A DNA stretch of 64,000 nucleotides from an uncultured Gemmatimonadales bacterium (GCA_963844035.1 CAWJMT010000005.1:128001-192000), one strand, 5' to 3'; shown: positions 10,385 through 23,126, counted from the stretch's first letter. Translations and numbers: made by a program. The notes: generated by a model not told the origin, from the letters alone.

Positions 10385-11498
10385 CTAATCCAGCGTCTTA
10401 TGGAACCGTCGCACCGCCACCACAATGAGCAGCCCCGCGAACGCGCCGAGTATCCCCACCTCCCGCCACAACGCATCGAGCCCCACCCCCTTTAAGAGGA
10501 TGCCACGCAACACCGTCAGGAAATGGGTCAGCGGGAGCATGAACCCCACCCACTGAAACAGCGACGGCATCGCCTGCCGCGGGAACATGAAGCCTGAGAG
10601 CAGGATGTTCGGGCAGGACGAAGAAGAAGCTCACCTGCATGGCTTGTTGCTGGGTGCGCACCAGGGTCGAGATCACGAGCCCCAACGCGAGGCTCGCGAT
10701 AATGAACAGCAGCGCGATCGCGTACAGCAGCAGCACGTTGCCCGTGAGGGGGACGTCGAACACGTAGCGGCCGATGATCAGCACCGCGGTCATCTGGAAC
10801 AAGCCGACCCCCACATACGGGGCGATCTTGCCGAGCATCAGCTCGGTGCGGGTGATCGGTGTGACGATGAGCTGCTCCAGCGTGCCGCGCTCACGCTCGC
10901 GCACGACCGCCATGGCCGTCACGAGCACCATCGTGAGCGTGAGGATGACTCCCACCAGACCGGGGACGATGTAGTTGGGGCTGCGCAGTCCCGGGTTGTA
11001 GAGCGGGCGCACGCGGGCATCGATCGGGATGCTGGTGCGACCCGCGGCCGCGCTCAGAATCGCGAGGTTGCGGACCTGCGCCACGCCGGCCGCGGCCGCG
11101 ATCGCCGACTGCGACGATAAGGGATCGGCGGCGTCGACCACGACCTGCACGGTGGCGGCCTCGCGGCGGGCCAGCCGCCGGGGATAGTCGTAGGGGACGA
11201 TGATGCCGGCCTGAGCGTCGCCGCGCGCGATCGCCCGATCCAGCTCCGGCCGCTCGTCCACGAACCCCACAATGCGGAAGTTGCCGGTGTTCTCGAACGC
11301 CCGCACGAGATCCCGGCTCTCGGGCGTACGCGATTGGTCGAGCACCAGCGTCGGCAGGTGGCGGACGTCGGTCTGGATGGCGAAGCCGAACAGCAAGAGC
11401 TGGGCGACGGGGAGGGCGGTCATGATCATGAGCGTGAGCCGGTCCCGCCGCATCTGGATGAATTCCTTGCGGAACATCGGCCAGAAGCGGGGCATCAT
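10385..11498 (-). CDS. ABC-2 exporter permease (YbhR/YbhS-like); one frameshift
   Basis: KEFIQMRRD, YIVPGL, RERERGTLEQLIVTP, LPLTHF. Confidence 0.9.
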
Positions 11499-11551
11499 CG
11501 CTCGGGGCGTTCCAACTCTTGGTGCCATGTGCATCGGACCCGTATCCTCAT

Positions 11552-12298
11552 CTAGTTGGAACGCCCCTCGCTGCGCTCCTGCAGAATGATGAACGCGTCC
11601 TCGAGCGTCTTCCCGCCCACCTGCGCCGCGACCTCGGCGGGTGTCCCCATCGCGATCAGGTGCCCTGCGCTCAGCATGGCCAGGCGGGTGCAGCGCTCCG
11701 CCTCGTCCATGTAGTGGGTCGTGACGAGCACCGTCGTGCCCTGCTGCGTCAGGTCGTAGATCGCCTGCCAGAACTTCCGCCGCGCGGCGGGATCGACGCC
11801 GGCCGTGGGCTCATCGAGGAACAGCACCGGCGGCTTGATGGATCAGAGCGCAGGCCAGCGCCAAGCGCTGCTTCCAGCCGCCCGACAGCTGGCCCACGAG
11901 CTGTCCCAGGCGCTCGCCCAATCCGAGGAACGCGATCACCTCCGCCAGGCGGCCGGTTTCGACTTTGCCGCTCACACCGTAGATCCCGGCATAGAACTCG
12001 AGGTTCTCGGCGACGGTGAGATCTTCGTACAGGCCGAAACGCTGCGACATGTAGCCGATGTGCTGCCGGACCTGCTCGGGCGCCTGCGCGACATCGATGC
12101 CCGCCACGGTCGCCGACCCCTCGGACGGTTCGAGCAGACCGCACAGCATGCGGATCGCCGTCGTCTTGCCGGATCCGTTCGGGCCCGAGCAGGCCGAACA
12201 CCTCGCCGCGCTCGATGTCGCAGGTTGAGATGCTGCACGGCGGTGAGCGCGCCGAAGCGGCGCGTGAGGTCGTGCGTCTCGATCGCGCTTGGCGTCAC
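11552..12298 (-). CDS. ABC exporter ATP-binding protein; frameshifted
   Basis: Walker A GPNGSGKT (split frames), LSGGWKQRL, LFLDEPTAGVDP, TTHYMDEA. Confidence 0.88.
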
Positions 12299-13170
12299 GG
12301 CATCAGTGGGACGTCCAGTGTGACGGGCATCCCCGCCTTGAGGCGACCTCCCGCGTCGGCATCGGTGGGCTCCACTTTGATGCCGAACACCAGATCGGCG
12401 CGCTCACGCTCCGTGAGTGCGACCCGCGGAGTGAACTCGGCCTGCGACCCGATCTCGATGATCCGCCCCGGGAATGTCTGATCGGGATATGCGTCCACGT
12501 GCACCGAGGCTGTCCCACCCACCTTGAGCCGGCCGATGTAGCGATCGCCGATGTACGCCCGGATCCAGGGACGGTGTACCAGGCCCAGGGACAGGACCGG
12601 CGTACCGGTCGCGAGCGCCTCTCCCGGGTCCGCGTAGCGGGAGAGGATCACACCGTCCTCGGGTGCGATGATGGTCAGCTCGTCGCGCGTGGCGAGGACC
12701 GCGGCCACGGCCGCGCTCGCCACCGCCACCTCGCTCGACGCCGCGCGGCGGGCCGCGAGGCGGGCGGACGCCGCAGCGGCGGCCGTCTTCATCCCGTCGT
12801 ATTGCTGTTGGGAGATGATGCTTTGCTGCAGCAGGCGCTCGGCCCGGGCGAACTCGTTGGCCGCTCGCTCGCTGTCGGCCTGCGCGGCGGCAACTTCGGC
12901 GACCCGCAAGGTGGCCGCTTCCACCTGGGCGCGCCGTTGGGTGATGAGGGCATCGAGTCCCGGCTGACTGAGCACGGCGAGGGTATCGCCGCGCCGCACC
13001 GTGTCGCCCTCGTCCTTGAGCAAGCGCTCCAGACGACCGTAGGTGAGGGGCGCGAGGCGGAGCTGGCGGATCTCGATCGTGCCGGACACCTGCAACCGGT
13101 CGGTCGCGCCGCGGCAGCTCGCGGACAGCAGCACGGCAATCCCCGCGAGGGTGCGGGCAAGGGGCGTCAT
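12295..13170 (-). CDS. HlyD-family efflux periplasmic adaptor (YbhG-like)
   Basis: Lipoprotein-like signal, SGTIE, APEDG, AEFTPR, LKAGMP. Confidence 0.88.
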   Translation of the reverse strand: MTPLARTLAGIAVLLSASCRGATDRLQVSGTIEIRQLRLAPLTYGRLERLLKDEGDTVRRGDTLAVLSQPGLDALITQRRAQVEAATLRVAEVAAAQADSERAANEFARAERLLQQSIISQQQYDGMKTAAAAASARLAARRAASSEVAVASAAVAAVLATRDELTIIAPEDGVILSRYADPGEALATGTPVLSLGLVHRPWIRAYIGDRYIGRLKVGGTASVHVDAYPDQTFPGRIIEIGSQAEFTPRVALTERERADLVFGIKVEPTDADAGGRLKAGMPVTLDVPLMP

Positions 13171-13192
13171 GATGTCGACAGTCTCCGGCGCG

Positions 13193-14419
13193 TTAGCGCT
13201 GGCGCTTGAGCCAGTTGATCGGGTCGAGCGCGATCCCGCCCTGGCCACGGATCTCGAAGTGGAGGTGCGGACCCTCATTGCTCGTCTGTCCACCGACATG
13301 CCCGATCACGTCGCCCTTGAGCACGCGCGATCCTTTGGTGACGGACGCGTCGGCAAGATATCCGTAGAACGAGTAGTAGCCACCCCCGTGGTCGAGCAGC
13401 ACCGAGGTGAGGTACGTGCCGAGGGGGCCGGCGAGGCTGACCGTGCCGTTCGCCACCGCCTTCACGGGCGTTCCGACCGGGGCGCCGATGCCGATGCCGT
13501 GCCAGGGAATGCGCGTGTTGTTGGGACCAGTCGCCGTGCCGAACTGATACACGATGCGTCCCGCGACCGGCCAGTCGAGCCGGCCCAGGTCGGCCGTCGT
13601 AATGGAGGCGGCTCCGACGGGAGCCCCCCGCGCTTCGGCCTCGCGGCGCGCGCGCTCGAGCGCGGCGATGCGGTCGCCCAGGGCGCGCTCGTTGCGTTCG
13701 AGCTCCGACAACCGCCGTTCTGCGGCCGTCGAGCTGCGGCGCGTGTCACGCAGACTCGCCTGCCGTTGCCGCTCGAGCGTGAGATAGCGCTGCAGCTCCT
13801 CGGTTCGCTCCGCCTTGCGCCGGGCCAGGGCGTCGCGCGCGTCGAGCAGGCCTTTGCGCTCGCGCGCGATCCGGTCCCGCAGCTTGAACATGTCGTTTGC
13901 GAGCAGCCGGTCCTGGCGGCTCACGAGGTAGAGGTACTTGTATCGTGACAGGAGGTCGCCGAAACTCTCGGCCAGCAGGAGTGCCTGATAGGCGTACAGG
14001 GTGCCGCGCTTGTAGATGTCCACGAGGCGCCGCTCGAGCACGGCGCGCTTCTCTTCCAGCGCGTCCTGGGCCAGCACCAGGTCCACCGTAATCTGGTCGA
14101 TTTGGGTCGAGAGGCCGCCGATCTGGCGGTCGAGCTCATTGACGATCCGGTTGGTCGTGAGCCGCTGCCGCTCGATATTCGACAGCTCGTCCGCGAGGGA
14201 ATGCGCCTCGGTGCGGAGCAGCTCGAGCTGTCGCTCCACCTCGGAGCGCTCGCGGCGGATGTCTTCGAGGCGGCGCTGGTCGTCGCGGAGCTGCTGCTCG
14301 AGAGGTTTGGGACGCTGAGAGGGAAGAGGGAAGGGGGAAGAGGGAAGGGTAAGGCATGCCAGGATCGCCGCGCGCAGCAGTACCCTTCCCCCGTCCCCCG
14401 TCCCCCTTCCCGGTTTCAT
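13193..14419 (-). CDS. envC: Murein hydrolase activator EnvC-like (coiled coil + M23)
   Basis: Long coiled coil, LDWPVAG, HLHFEIR, DPINWL; follows ftsEX. Confidence 0.85.
   Translation of the reverse strand: MKPGRGTGDGGRVLLRAAILACLTLPSSPFPLPSQRPKPLEQQLRDDQRRLEDIRRERSEVERQLELLRTEAHSLADELSNIERQRLTTNRIVNELDRQIGGLSTQIDQITVDLVLAQDALEEKRAVLERRLVDIYKRGTLYAYQALLLAESFGDLLSRYKYLYLVSRQDRLLANDMFKLRDRIARERKGLLDARDALARRKAERTEELQRYLTLERQRQASLRDTRRSSTAAERRLSELERNERALGDRIAALERARREAEARGAPVGAASITTADLGRLDWPVAGRIVYQFGTATGPNNTRIPWHGIGIGAPVGTPVKAVANGTVSLAGPLGTYLTSVLLDHGGGYYSFYGYLADASVTKGSRVLKGDVIGHVGGQTSNEGPHLHFEIRGQGGIALDPINWLKRQR
14321..14411. repeat. (GGGAAGR)n purine arm plus pyrimidine inverted arm within envC 5' end
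   Basis: gggaagagggaagggggaagagggaagggt ... acccttcccccgtcccccgtcccccttccc. Confidence 0.8.
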
Positions 14420-15273
14420 ACGCGCCGCAAATGCCGTCCGACACTCGTCGCGCTTCCAAGCAGTCCGATGAGGGTGCCGAATCCCACGATGGCAAGCGCC
14501 TGCTCGCGGGAGAAGAACGTCGCCTGAATCAACCAGCGGTTGATCAGCGCGTAGGCTCCGTACGAGAACGCCACGGCCACGAGGCCGCCCAGCATGCCCT
14601 TGATGGCGCCCTGGATCAGGAACGGGAGCCGGATGAAGCCGTCGGTGGCACCGACCAGCCGCATGATGGCGATCTCGCGGCTGCGCTGCAGCACCGCCAT
14701 ACGGATCGTGGTGCCGATGATGATCACCGCGACGATCGCGAACGCCGAGCCCACGACCAGACCGACGGCAGCAGCGATCTGCCGCAGGCGGTCGAGCTTC
14801 TCGACCCAGTCTCGTCCGAACCGCACGTCGTCCACGAACCCGAACCCCTTGAGCCGGTCGGCGACGTCGTTCACATGATCCGCGTCCCGCGCGGTGGGCT
14901 TCAGCTTGATCTCGATCGAGGCGGGCAGCGGATTGCGCTCGAGCTCCTGCAGTACGTCGCGGAACTCCACCAGCTCGCCGCGCGCCCGCGCCAGGGCTTC
15001 GTCTTCGGTCACGAAGGTCGCCGACTGCACCTCCGGGAATGCCGCGATGTCCTGCACGCCCAGGGTCACGGTCTCGATCGGCGTGCCGGGGAGCAGGTAC
15101 GCCACGATTTCCACCCGTTCGGCGACGTCACGCAGGGCCCGCTCGAGGTTGACGGCCACCAGTCCGAACAGACCGACGACGAACAGGGAGAAGGCGATCG
15201 TCGTGACGGAGAGCACGGACAGGAGGGGGGCGCGCCGGAACACGAGCAGGGCCTCGCGGAGGACCAGCCTCAT
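14416..15273 (-). CDS. ftsX: Cell division permease FtsX
   Basis: NPLPASIEI, IIIGTTIRMAV, REIAIMRLVGAT..FIRLPF. Confidence 0.93.
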   Translation of the reverse strand: MRLVLREALLVFRRAPLLSVLSVTTIAFSLFVVGLFGLVAVNLERALRDVAERVEIVAYLLPGTPIETVTLGVQDIAAFPEVQSATFVTEDEALARARGELVEFRDVLQELERNPLPASIEIKLKPTARDADHVNDVADRLKGFGFVDDVRFGRDWVEKLDRLRQIAAAVGLVVGSAFAIVAVIIIGTTIRMAVLQRSREIAIMRLVGATDGFIRLPFLIQGAIKGMLGGLVAVAFSYGAYALINRWLIQATFFSREQALAIVGFGTLIGLLGSATSVGRHLRRV

Positions 15274-15971
15274 GTGTTCGCCGCCTGGTCGTGGCCTTGG
15301 CCCTCGTCGATCGCCGAGTCGTACACCAGGGCGCCTTCCTGGAGCTCGATGACGCGGTAGGGCGCTTGGCGCACGAGGTCGAGGTCGTGCGTCGCCATCA
15401 CGACCGCCGTACCGCTGGCGTTGATGTCCCGCAGCAGCTGAAACACGCCGCGCGTGGCACGCTCGTCGAGATTGCCGGTCGGCTCGTCGGCGAGCAGCAC
15501 GGTCGGCTCGTTGACCAGTGCCCGGGCGATCGCCACGCGCTGTTGCTCGCCGCCCGACAACTCGCGGGGGTAGGCCTGCGCCTTGACCGCCAGGCCCACC
15601 TGCGTGAGCACGCGCGTCACGCGCGCCGCGATGCTCGCGTGCCGCGCACCGGTCACTTCGAGTGTGAACGCGACGTTTTCTTCGGCGGTACGGTCCTCGA
15701 GCAGCCGGAAATCCTGGAACACGATGCCGAGCCGGCGCCGCAGCTTGGGAACGTCTCGCGGAGAGATCTCGGCGACGTTGAAGCCCGACACGCGCACCTC
15801 GCCGCTCGTGACCGGCTCCTCGGCGTAGACCAGCTTGAGGACCGTCGACTTGCCGGCGCCCGAATGGCCCGTCAGGAAGGCGAACTCGCCCTTGGCGATG
15901 TGGAAGGAAACGTCCTTCAGCGCCAGGCCGCCCTTGGGGAAAGCCTTGAAGACGCTGGTGAACTTGATCAC
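15270..15971 (-). CDS. ftsE: Cell division ATP-binding protein FtsE
   Basis: [40 protein letters not shown]. Confidence 0.95.
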   Translation of the reverse strand: MIKFTSVFKAFPKGGLALKDVSFHIAKGEFAFLTGHSGAGKSTVLKLVYAEEPVTSGEVRVSGFNVAEISPRDVPKLRRRLGIVFQDFRLLEDRTAEENVAFTLEVTGARHASIAARVTRVLTQVGLAVKAQAYPRELSGGEQQRVAIARALVNEPTVLLADEPTGNLDERATRGVFQLLRDINASGTAVVMATHDLDLVRQAPYRVIELQEGALVYDSAIDEGQGHDQAANT

Positions 15972-17126
15972 TTACAGTTGCGCCAGCGCGCGCGCGAAAT
16001 CGGCGATAAGGTCGTCGGCATCTTCGAGCCCGAGGGAAAATCTCAGGAATCCGTCGGGAATGCCAGCCTCCGCCCGCTGTTCCGGGGTCAGCGACACATG
16101 GGACGTGAGGCGGGGCTCAGATACGAGCGTCTCGACGCCGCCCAGGCTGGGAGCGTGGATTGCGATCGTGAGGGCGCGCAGGAAACGCTCCGCCGCCGCC
16201 GGGCCTCCCTTCAGCTCGACGCCCAGCATGCCGCCGTAGCCGTTGAACAGGCGCTTCGCGTCTTCGTGGTCGGGATGCGAGGTCAGGCTGGGGTGGTGCA
16301 CGGCGGAGAATGCCGGCTGTCCGGCGCACCAGGCGGCCACCGCGGCCCCGGTCGCGTTCTGGCGCGCGACCCGCACCGCCAGCGTCTTCATCCCGCGATC
16401 GACCAGCCAGGCGGCCATCGGGTCGAGCGCCTGACCCCACACCTGCATCAGGCGGCGTACCTCCTCGATGACCGACTCGGTTCCCACCACCGCGCCGGCG
16501 ATCACGTCGTTGTGGCCGTTGAGATACTTCGTCGCGCTATGGATCACCACGTCGGCGCCGTGCTCGAGCGGGCGGAAGTTGATGGGCGAGGCGAAGGTCG
16601 AGTCGACGATCAGCGCGATGCCTTCCGCCTTGCAGAGCGCCGCAAAGGGCTCGATGTCCACCACGCGCAACAGCGGATTGGTCGGCGTCTCGAGGAAGAT
16701 CGCCCGGGTTGTCTTGCGCAGCGCTTTTTTCCAGGTGCGCGACTCCTGCGGGTTGATGAAGGAGACGTCGATGCCGAAGCGGCCGAACTCCTGGGTGAAC
16801 AGCCGGTGCACGCCGCCGTAGATCCACTCGCTCGAGAGGAGGTGGTCGCCCGGCCGCAGCACGGCGAGGTGTGCGAGCGCGGTGGCGCCCATGCCGCTCG
16901 AGACGAAGATCGCGGACTCGGCCCCTTCGAGCAGGGCGAGGCGCTTCGCGATGGCGACCTGGTTGGGATTGTTGCCATACCGGGTGTAGAGCACCTGCGC
17001 GGTCGAGCCGATCGGGTTGCTGAACGTGCTGCTTTGCACGATGGGCGGGGCGACGGGGGTCCAGTCCGGACGCGCCGCCGGATCGCCGTGGATGGCCCGG
17101 GTGGCCAGGCCGAGGCGACGCGTCAC
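15972..17126 (-). CDS. PLP-dependent Cys/Met metabolism enzyme (cystathionine gamma-synthase/lyase family)
   Basis: YTRYGNNP, SSGMGA, ETPTNP, DSTFASP, HSATKYLNGHND, SLGGVETL. Confidence 0.92.
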   Translation of the reverse strand: MTRRLGLATRAIHGDPAARPDWTPVAPPIVQSSTFSNPIGSTAQVLYTRYGNNPNQVAIAKRLALLEGAESAIFVSSGMGATALAHLAVLRPGDHLLSSEWIYGGVHRLFTQEFGRFGIDVSFINPQESRTWKKALRKTTRAIFLETPTNPLLRVVDIEPFAALCKAEGIALIVDSTFASPINFRPLEHGADVVIHSATKYLNGHNDVIAGAVVGTESVIEEVRRLMQVWGQALDPMAAWLVDRGMKTLAVRVARQNATGAAVAAWCAGQPAFSAVHHPSLTSHPDHEDAKRLFNGYGGMLGVELKGGPAAAERFLRALTIAIHAPSLGGVETLVSEPRLTSHVSLTPEQRAEAGIPDGFLRFSLGLEDADDLIADFARALAQL

Positions 17127-17133
17127 ATCCGGC

Positions 17134-17577
17134 TCACGTGGCGCTGAGCGCGAACGTGCCTCCAGGCAGGCGGCGGGCCAGACGCTGGGTCACGAGCTGC
17201 TCGAACAGTTCGACGGCCGCTGCAGGCAGGCCGAGCGCGTCCAGCGCGCCGTCGGGGAGCTCGACCAGGACCGCGAGGCCGTGCGCGGCCAGCACCGGCT
17301 GGATCGCTTCCCGATGCCCGTCGGTGAGGTTCCGCAGCAAGAGCACCGCGGGCCATTCGCGCACCAGCCGCGCCACGATCTCGTCGGCGCACGAGTAGTC
17401 CATGCAGCCGACGCCGTTGAAATCCATGCGCGCCAGGATGGGCACGCCGCCCCCGGCCGCGAACACCCGCTGAATACCTTCGCGCACCACGCGCCCGGTA
17501 GGGCGTGTGACGAGGTCGGTGTACACCCCGGCAGAGGATTCCTGCAGCACCGAATGGACGTCGATATGCTGGATCAC
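17134..17577 (-). CDS. STAS-like (DUF4325-like) small protein
   Basis: LVTRPTGRVVRE...MDFNGVGCMDYSCADE resembles the DUF4325/STAS pattern; GTG overlaps upstream stop. Confidence 0.6.
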   Translation of the reverse strand: MIQHIDVHSVLQESSAGVYTDLVTRPTGRVVREGIQRVFAAGGGVPILARMDFNGVGCMDYSCADEIVARLVREWPAVLLLRNLTDGHREAIQPVLAAHGLAVLVELPDGALDALGLPAAAVELFEQLVTQRLARRLPGGTFALSAT

Positions 17578-18479
17578 CGCTTTGCGGACCCCTGCTCGGG
17601 TATGATGATGAGCACCTGCGCACCCGGAAAGTTGGGCAGCCCTTCCTTCAACGGTACGTCGTCGTCCCACTTGGGCACGATCGCGATGCGCGCGGTGCCG
17701 CTGCGGATCGCGATCTTGCCGTCCCAACGCGCCAGGTAGCGGCGGATGCCCGCGAGGCCCTGTCCCCGTCCGGGATCCCGGAACCGGCTCACCCCCTGGA
17801 TGAGGGCCGTCTCGAGCGCGGCAGCGTCACCCCAGCGGTCGCCGAACCGTTTCGCCTGCGTCGGCTCGAGTGAATGACGGAATCCGACTCCGGCGTCTCC
17901 CACAGCGATCACCACCACCCGCCGCGCCAGCTTGCGCCGCCAATTGTAGCTCTGCACGGCAACCCACCCGCCGACGCCCGCGTGCTCTACAATATTCTGA
18001 CACGCCTCCGAAAGCGCCATAGCGAATCCCATCGTCGCCTTGGGATCGAGTTGCAGCTCGGACGCCAGGATCGTCGAGGCGCGTTGTTGAATCTTGCTGA
18101 CCACCTCGTGCACGTCCTCGGCCGCGCGTACGGCGGTGACGGGCAACAGTACATCACTCTCTTCCCGCGGTTTGCCCTTGGGCACGCGGCCGTGAATCTC
18201 GAACAACTCCGCCGCCTCCCGGAAGAATCCAGCCCGCACCCAGTAGCTCACCACGTCCGGGTTCGTCGGGGCCGTGAGCAGCGCCGGCTCGCCGCCCCGC
18301 TGACGCGCTGCTGCCCCGGCCACGAGCAGTCCCACCAGCCCGTAGGGCGATGCCCATTCCGCGGCGTGGGCATCGAACAGGAGCCGCTCCCCGTCCTGCG
18401 CCGCTTCGGCGAAGGCGGTCGTGAACTGGTCGAACGAACGGTCGTCGAGCTGCGTCGGGACGTCCACCAAGCGCGTCAT
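17574..18479 (-). CDS. STAS-like + HATPase_c ATP-binding protein (anti-sigma/Ser kinase-like)
   Basis: N box EACQNIVEHA, G1 DAGVG, G2 RGQGL, IRSG, FPGAQV; no His-acceptor H box seen. Confidence 0.75.
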   Translation of the reverse strand: MTRLVDVPTQLDDRSFDQFTTAFAEAAQDGERLLFDAHAAEWASPYGLVGLLVAGAAARQRGGEPALLTAPTNPDVVSYWVRAGFFREAAELFEIHGRVPKGKPREESDVLLPVTAVRAAEDVHEVVSKIQQRASTILASELQLDPKATMGFAMALSEACQNIVEHAGVGGWVAVQSYNWRRKLARRVVVIAVGDAGVGFRHSLEPTQAKRFGDRWGDAAALETALIQGVSRFRDPGRGQGLAGIRRYLARWDGKIAIRSGTARIAIVPKWDDDVPLKEGLPNFPGAQVLIIIPEQGSAKR

Positions 18480-19387
18480 ACGCTTGCGAGGCGTCCCACC
18501 AGGTGGTCGCGGAGGCCGGTCGCGCCACGGTGCGTCACGTTGCGCGCTCCCATCTTCGTGCCGAGACGCAGGGCGTCTTCGAGATCGGCTCCCGCGAGCA
18601 GGGCAGCGACGACCGCTGCGCCGAATACGTCGCCGCAGCCGGTGGGATCGCCGCCCGCCGACGCGCCCCCCGGGATGGGGATCCGCGCCGTGCGGACCGG
18701 CCGCCCGGTGAAATACGCAGCGCCCAGCGGCCCCAGTGTGACGACAAGCGTCTGGCATCCTTGCCCCAGAGCCGATGCGGCGACCACGAGGGGGTCCTCG
18801 CCCAGGTGGCGCATCTCGTCCTCGTTCAACTGGACCACGTCGAAGCAGCCGAACCAGGCGGGGGCGTTGGGGAGCGGCTGCGGCACGCGCGTGCCGTCGG
18901 GCTCCTTGCCGAGGAACAGGCTGTGGAGGTCGGCGTAGAGCAGCCCGCGGAAGCCGTGCCGCAGCATTTGCGCGGTCGTGAGGTCCATCTCGTAACCGGA
19001 GATGAAGTTCACGTACACGGCGTCGAGATCCTGGACCATGGGTCCCAGCTCAGGCCACGTCCACGGGGGTACGCCGCCGGAGAGCTGCTCGGAGCGGCGC
19101 TGCGCCTGGGCGTATCGCAGCGTGACGCGATTGTTCGCCTCCGGCACCTCGAGAAACCGCGCTCCCGCGCCCACGCGCTCGAGCGAGCGCAGAAATTCGT
19201 TGGCCCGGCCCGCCAGGTCGCGTCCGACTTTCACCAGGGGCACGATCTCCCAGCCGGGCGCCAGCGTCGCGTCCAGCGCGGCGAGCGAATACGAGATGCC
19301 ACCCCACTCCTCCACCGCGCGCTGGGCCGGGTCGCGGTCGTAGATGGTGTCCCACACCATCGAACCGACGACGCCCAGCCGTTTCAC
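18476..19387 (-). CDS. PfkB-family carbohydrate kinase
   Basis: QLNEDE, VVTLGPLGA, DPTGCGDVF. Confidence 0.85.
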   Translation of the reverse strand: MKRLGVVGSMVWDTIYDRDPAQRAVEEWGGISYSLAALDATLAPGWEIVPLVKVGRDLAGRANEFLRSLERVGAGARFLEVPEANNRVTLRYAQAQRRSEQLSGGVPPWTWPELGPMVQDLDAVYVNFISGYEMDLTTAQMLRHGFRGLLYADLHSLFLGKEPDGTRVPQPLPNAPAWFGCFDVVQLNEDEMRHLGEDPLVVAASALGQGCQTLVVTLGPLGAAYFTGRPVRTARIPIPGGASAGGDPTGCGDVFGAAVVAALLAGADLEDALRLGTKMGARNVTHRGATGLRDHLVGRLASV

Positions 19388-20349
19388 GGCTTTCCCCACG
19401 TCCGGCGCATGAACACCGCGGCCGCTCCGTAGACGCCGGCCGTGCCCGACAGCTCGCCCGGCACGATGCGGCACGCGTTCGCGGCCGGTTTGAAGGCGCG
19501 CCGCTTGACCTCGCTGCGCAGCGGCACGAACAGGAGGTCGCCGGCGAGTGTCACTCCGCCGCAGATCACCACGACCTGGGGGTTAAAGATGTTGATGATA
19601 TTGGCGACCCCGGCGCCCAGCACCTTGGCGGTGTCGTGCACCACCTCGCGGGCGTACTCGTCGCCGTCATGCGCGGCTTCATACACGACCTGGGCGGTGA
19701 TCTGCGTGAGATCGCCCTTCACGTAGTCCGGCAGCGAGGTATCCGCGCCGGCTTCCACTCCTTCGACCGCCCGCGCGGCGATGGCCGGGCCGGACGCATA
19801 CGCCTCGAGGCACCCGTAGTTGCCGCATTTGCAGCGGCGGCCGGTGGAATCGATGGTCATGTGCCCGATCTCGCCGGCGATGTCCGAGGCGCCGTGGTAG
19901 ATCTGGCCGTTCAGCACGATGCCGCCTCCGATGCCGGTGCCGATCGTGAGCCCCACCACGTGCTCGGCTCCACGCGCGGCGCCGCGCCACCACTCGCCGA
20001 AAATCGCGCAGTTGGCATCGTTGTCGAGGGTGCCCGGCAGTCCGAGCGCTTCGGTGATCCGGTCGCGCAGCGGGAAGTTGGTCCAGCCGAGGTTGGGCGT
20101 GAGCAGGACCAGCCCGCGCGCCGTGTCCAGCGGGCCGGGAGAGCCGATGCCGACTCCGGCGATCGCCTTCCCGTGCGCCGCCGCGATCGAGGCGCGCGCG
20201 AGCTTTACGATCCGGGCAACGACCGCGTCGGAGCCCTGTTCGGGGAGCGTCGGCTCCGATACGAGACCGATCAGCTCCGAGCCGTCCTCGGCGACCGTGC
20301 CGACGACGATATTGGTCCCGCCGAGGTCAATCCCGACGACGTAGCGCAC
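19384..20349 (-). CDS. glk: ROK-family glucokinase
   Basis: GIDLGGT, DNDANCA, TIGTGIGGG, GEIGH, CKCGNYGCLE. Confidence 0.9.
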   Translation of the reverse strand: MRYVVGIDLGGTNIVVGTVAEDGSELIGLVSEPTLPEQGSDAVVARIVKLARASIAAAHGKAIAGVGIGSPGPLDTARGLVLLTPNLGWTNFPLRDRITEALGLPGTLDNDANCAIFGEWWRGAARGAEHVVGLTIGTGIGGGIVLNGQIYHGASDIAGEIGHMTIDSTGRRCKCGNYGCLEAYASGPAIAARAVEGVEAGADTSLPDYVKGDLTQITAQVVYEAAHDGDEYAREVVHDTAKVLGAGVANIINIFNPQVVVICGGVTLAGDLLFVPLRSEVKRRAFKPAANACRIVPGELSGTAGVYGAAAVFMRRTWGKP

Positions 20350-21326
20350 CGGACTCCTCCAGGGCCGTTACCACTGTTGCCACGCGCAGCTCCCGCATGC
20401 AGCGGTGGTGGCCGAGCGGGCAGGTTGGGGGACCGTGATCCGAGCATGGCCGGCACACGAGTCCCATCACGCCGAGGGCCAGGTCCCCGTCACCCACGGG
20501 CCCGAACCCGAACTCGGGGACCGTCGGCCCAAACAGGGCCACCACGGGGGTCCCCAATGCCGAAGCGAAATGCAGCGGCGCGCTGTCGTTGGTGACGAGC
20601 ACGCGTGCCCGACCAATCAACGCGGCGGATTGAAGAAGCGTAAGACGTCCACAGGCGTCCAGCGCCGTCCCCCCGGCCTGCTGCACGGCCGCGGCGATAC
20701 GTCGGCCCAGGCCGCCGTCCTCGGCCCCGCCGACAACCACCACCGGGACGCGCTGGGCGAGCTGCACCGCCAGCTCCTCATAGTATGGCCACCGCTTGCT
20801 TCCCCAGATCGAGCCCGGTGCCAGGGCCACGAAGTCCCCGGCGATTCCGGCCTCGCGGAGGGACGCGGCGACGGCCTGGGTGTCGCGCGGTTCCGGGTAC
20901 AGCTCCGGCCGGCGAGACCCCGCCGGCGCGCCGGCGAGCGCGAGCAGCCGGTCGATTTCGTGTCCGGTGCGCGGTCGCTGGCGCGTCTCGGTGTAGAGCC
21001 AGGGCCACCCGTCGGAGAACCCGACGCGCTTCGGCACCCCGGCGAGGAACGCGAGCGCCGCGCTGCGCAACGAGCGATGCGGCAGGTAGGCGGCCTCGTA
21101 GCGGGCGGTGGCGAGGCGCCGCGCGAGCTGACGCAGTCCGGCGAGCCCGTGATCGCTGCCGCGTTTGTCGAACGGAATCACGTGCCGCACCGCCGGATGG
21201 GCCGCGAGCAACGGCGCGGCGGCCGGCGTGGTGACGACGTCCACCGGTCCGTGTCGGTCCGCCAGCGCGGCGAGCAGAGGCGTCGTGAGCACCACATCGC
21301 CCAGGAACGCGGTCTGAATGACCAGG

Positions 21327-21334
<8 letters not shown>
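20327..21334 (-). CDS. waaF: GT9 lipopolysaccharide heptosyltransferase II
   Basis: [39 protein letters not shown]. Confidence 0.85.
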
Positions 21335-23126
<1,792 letters not shown>

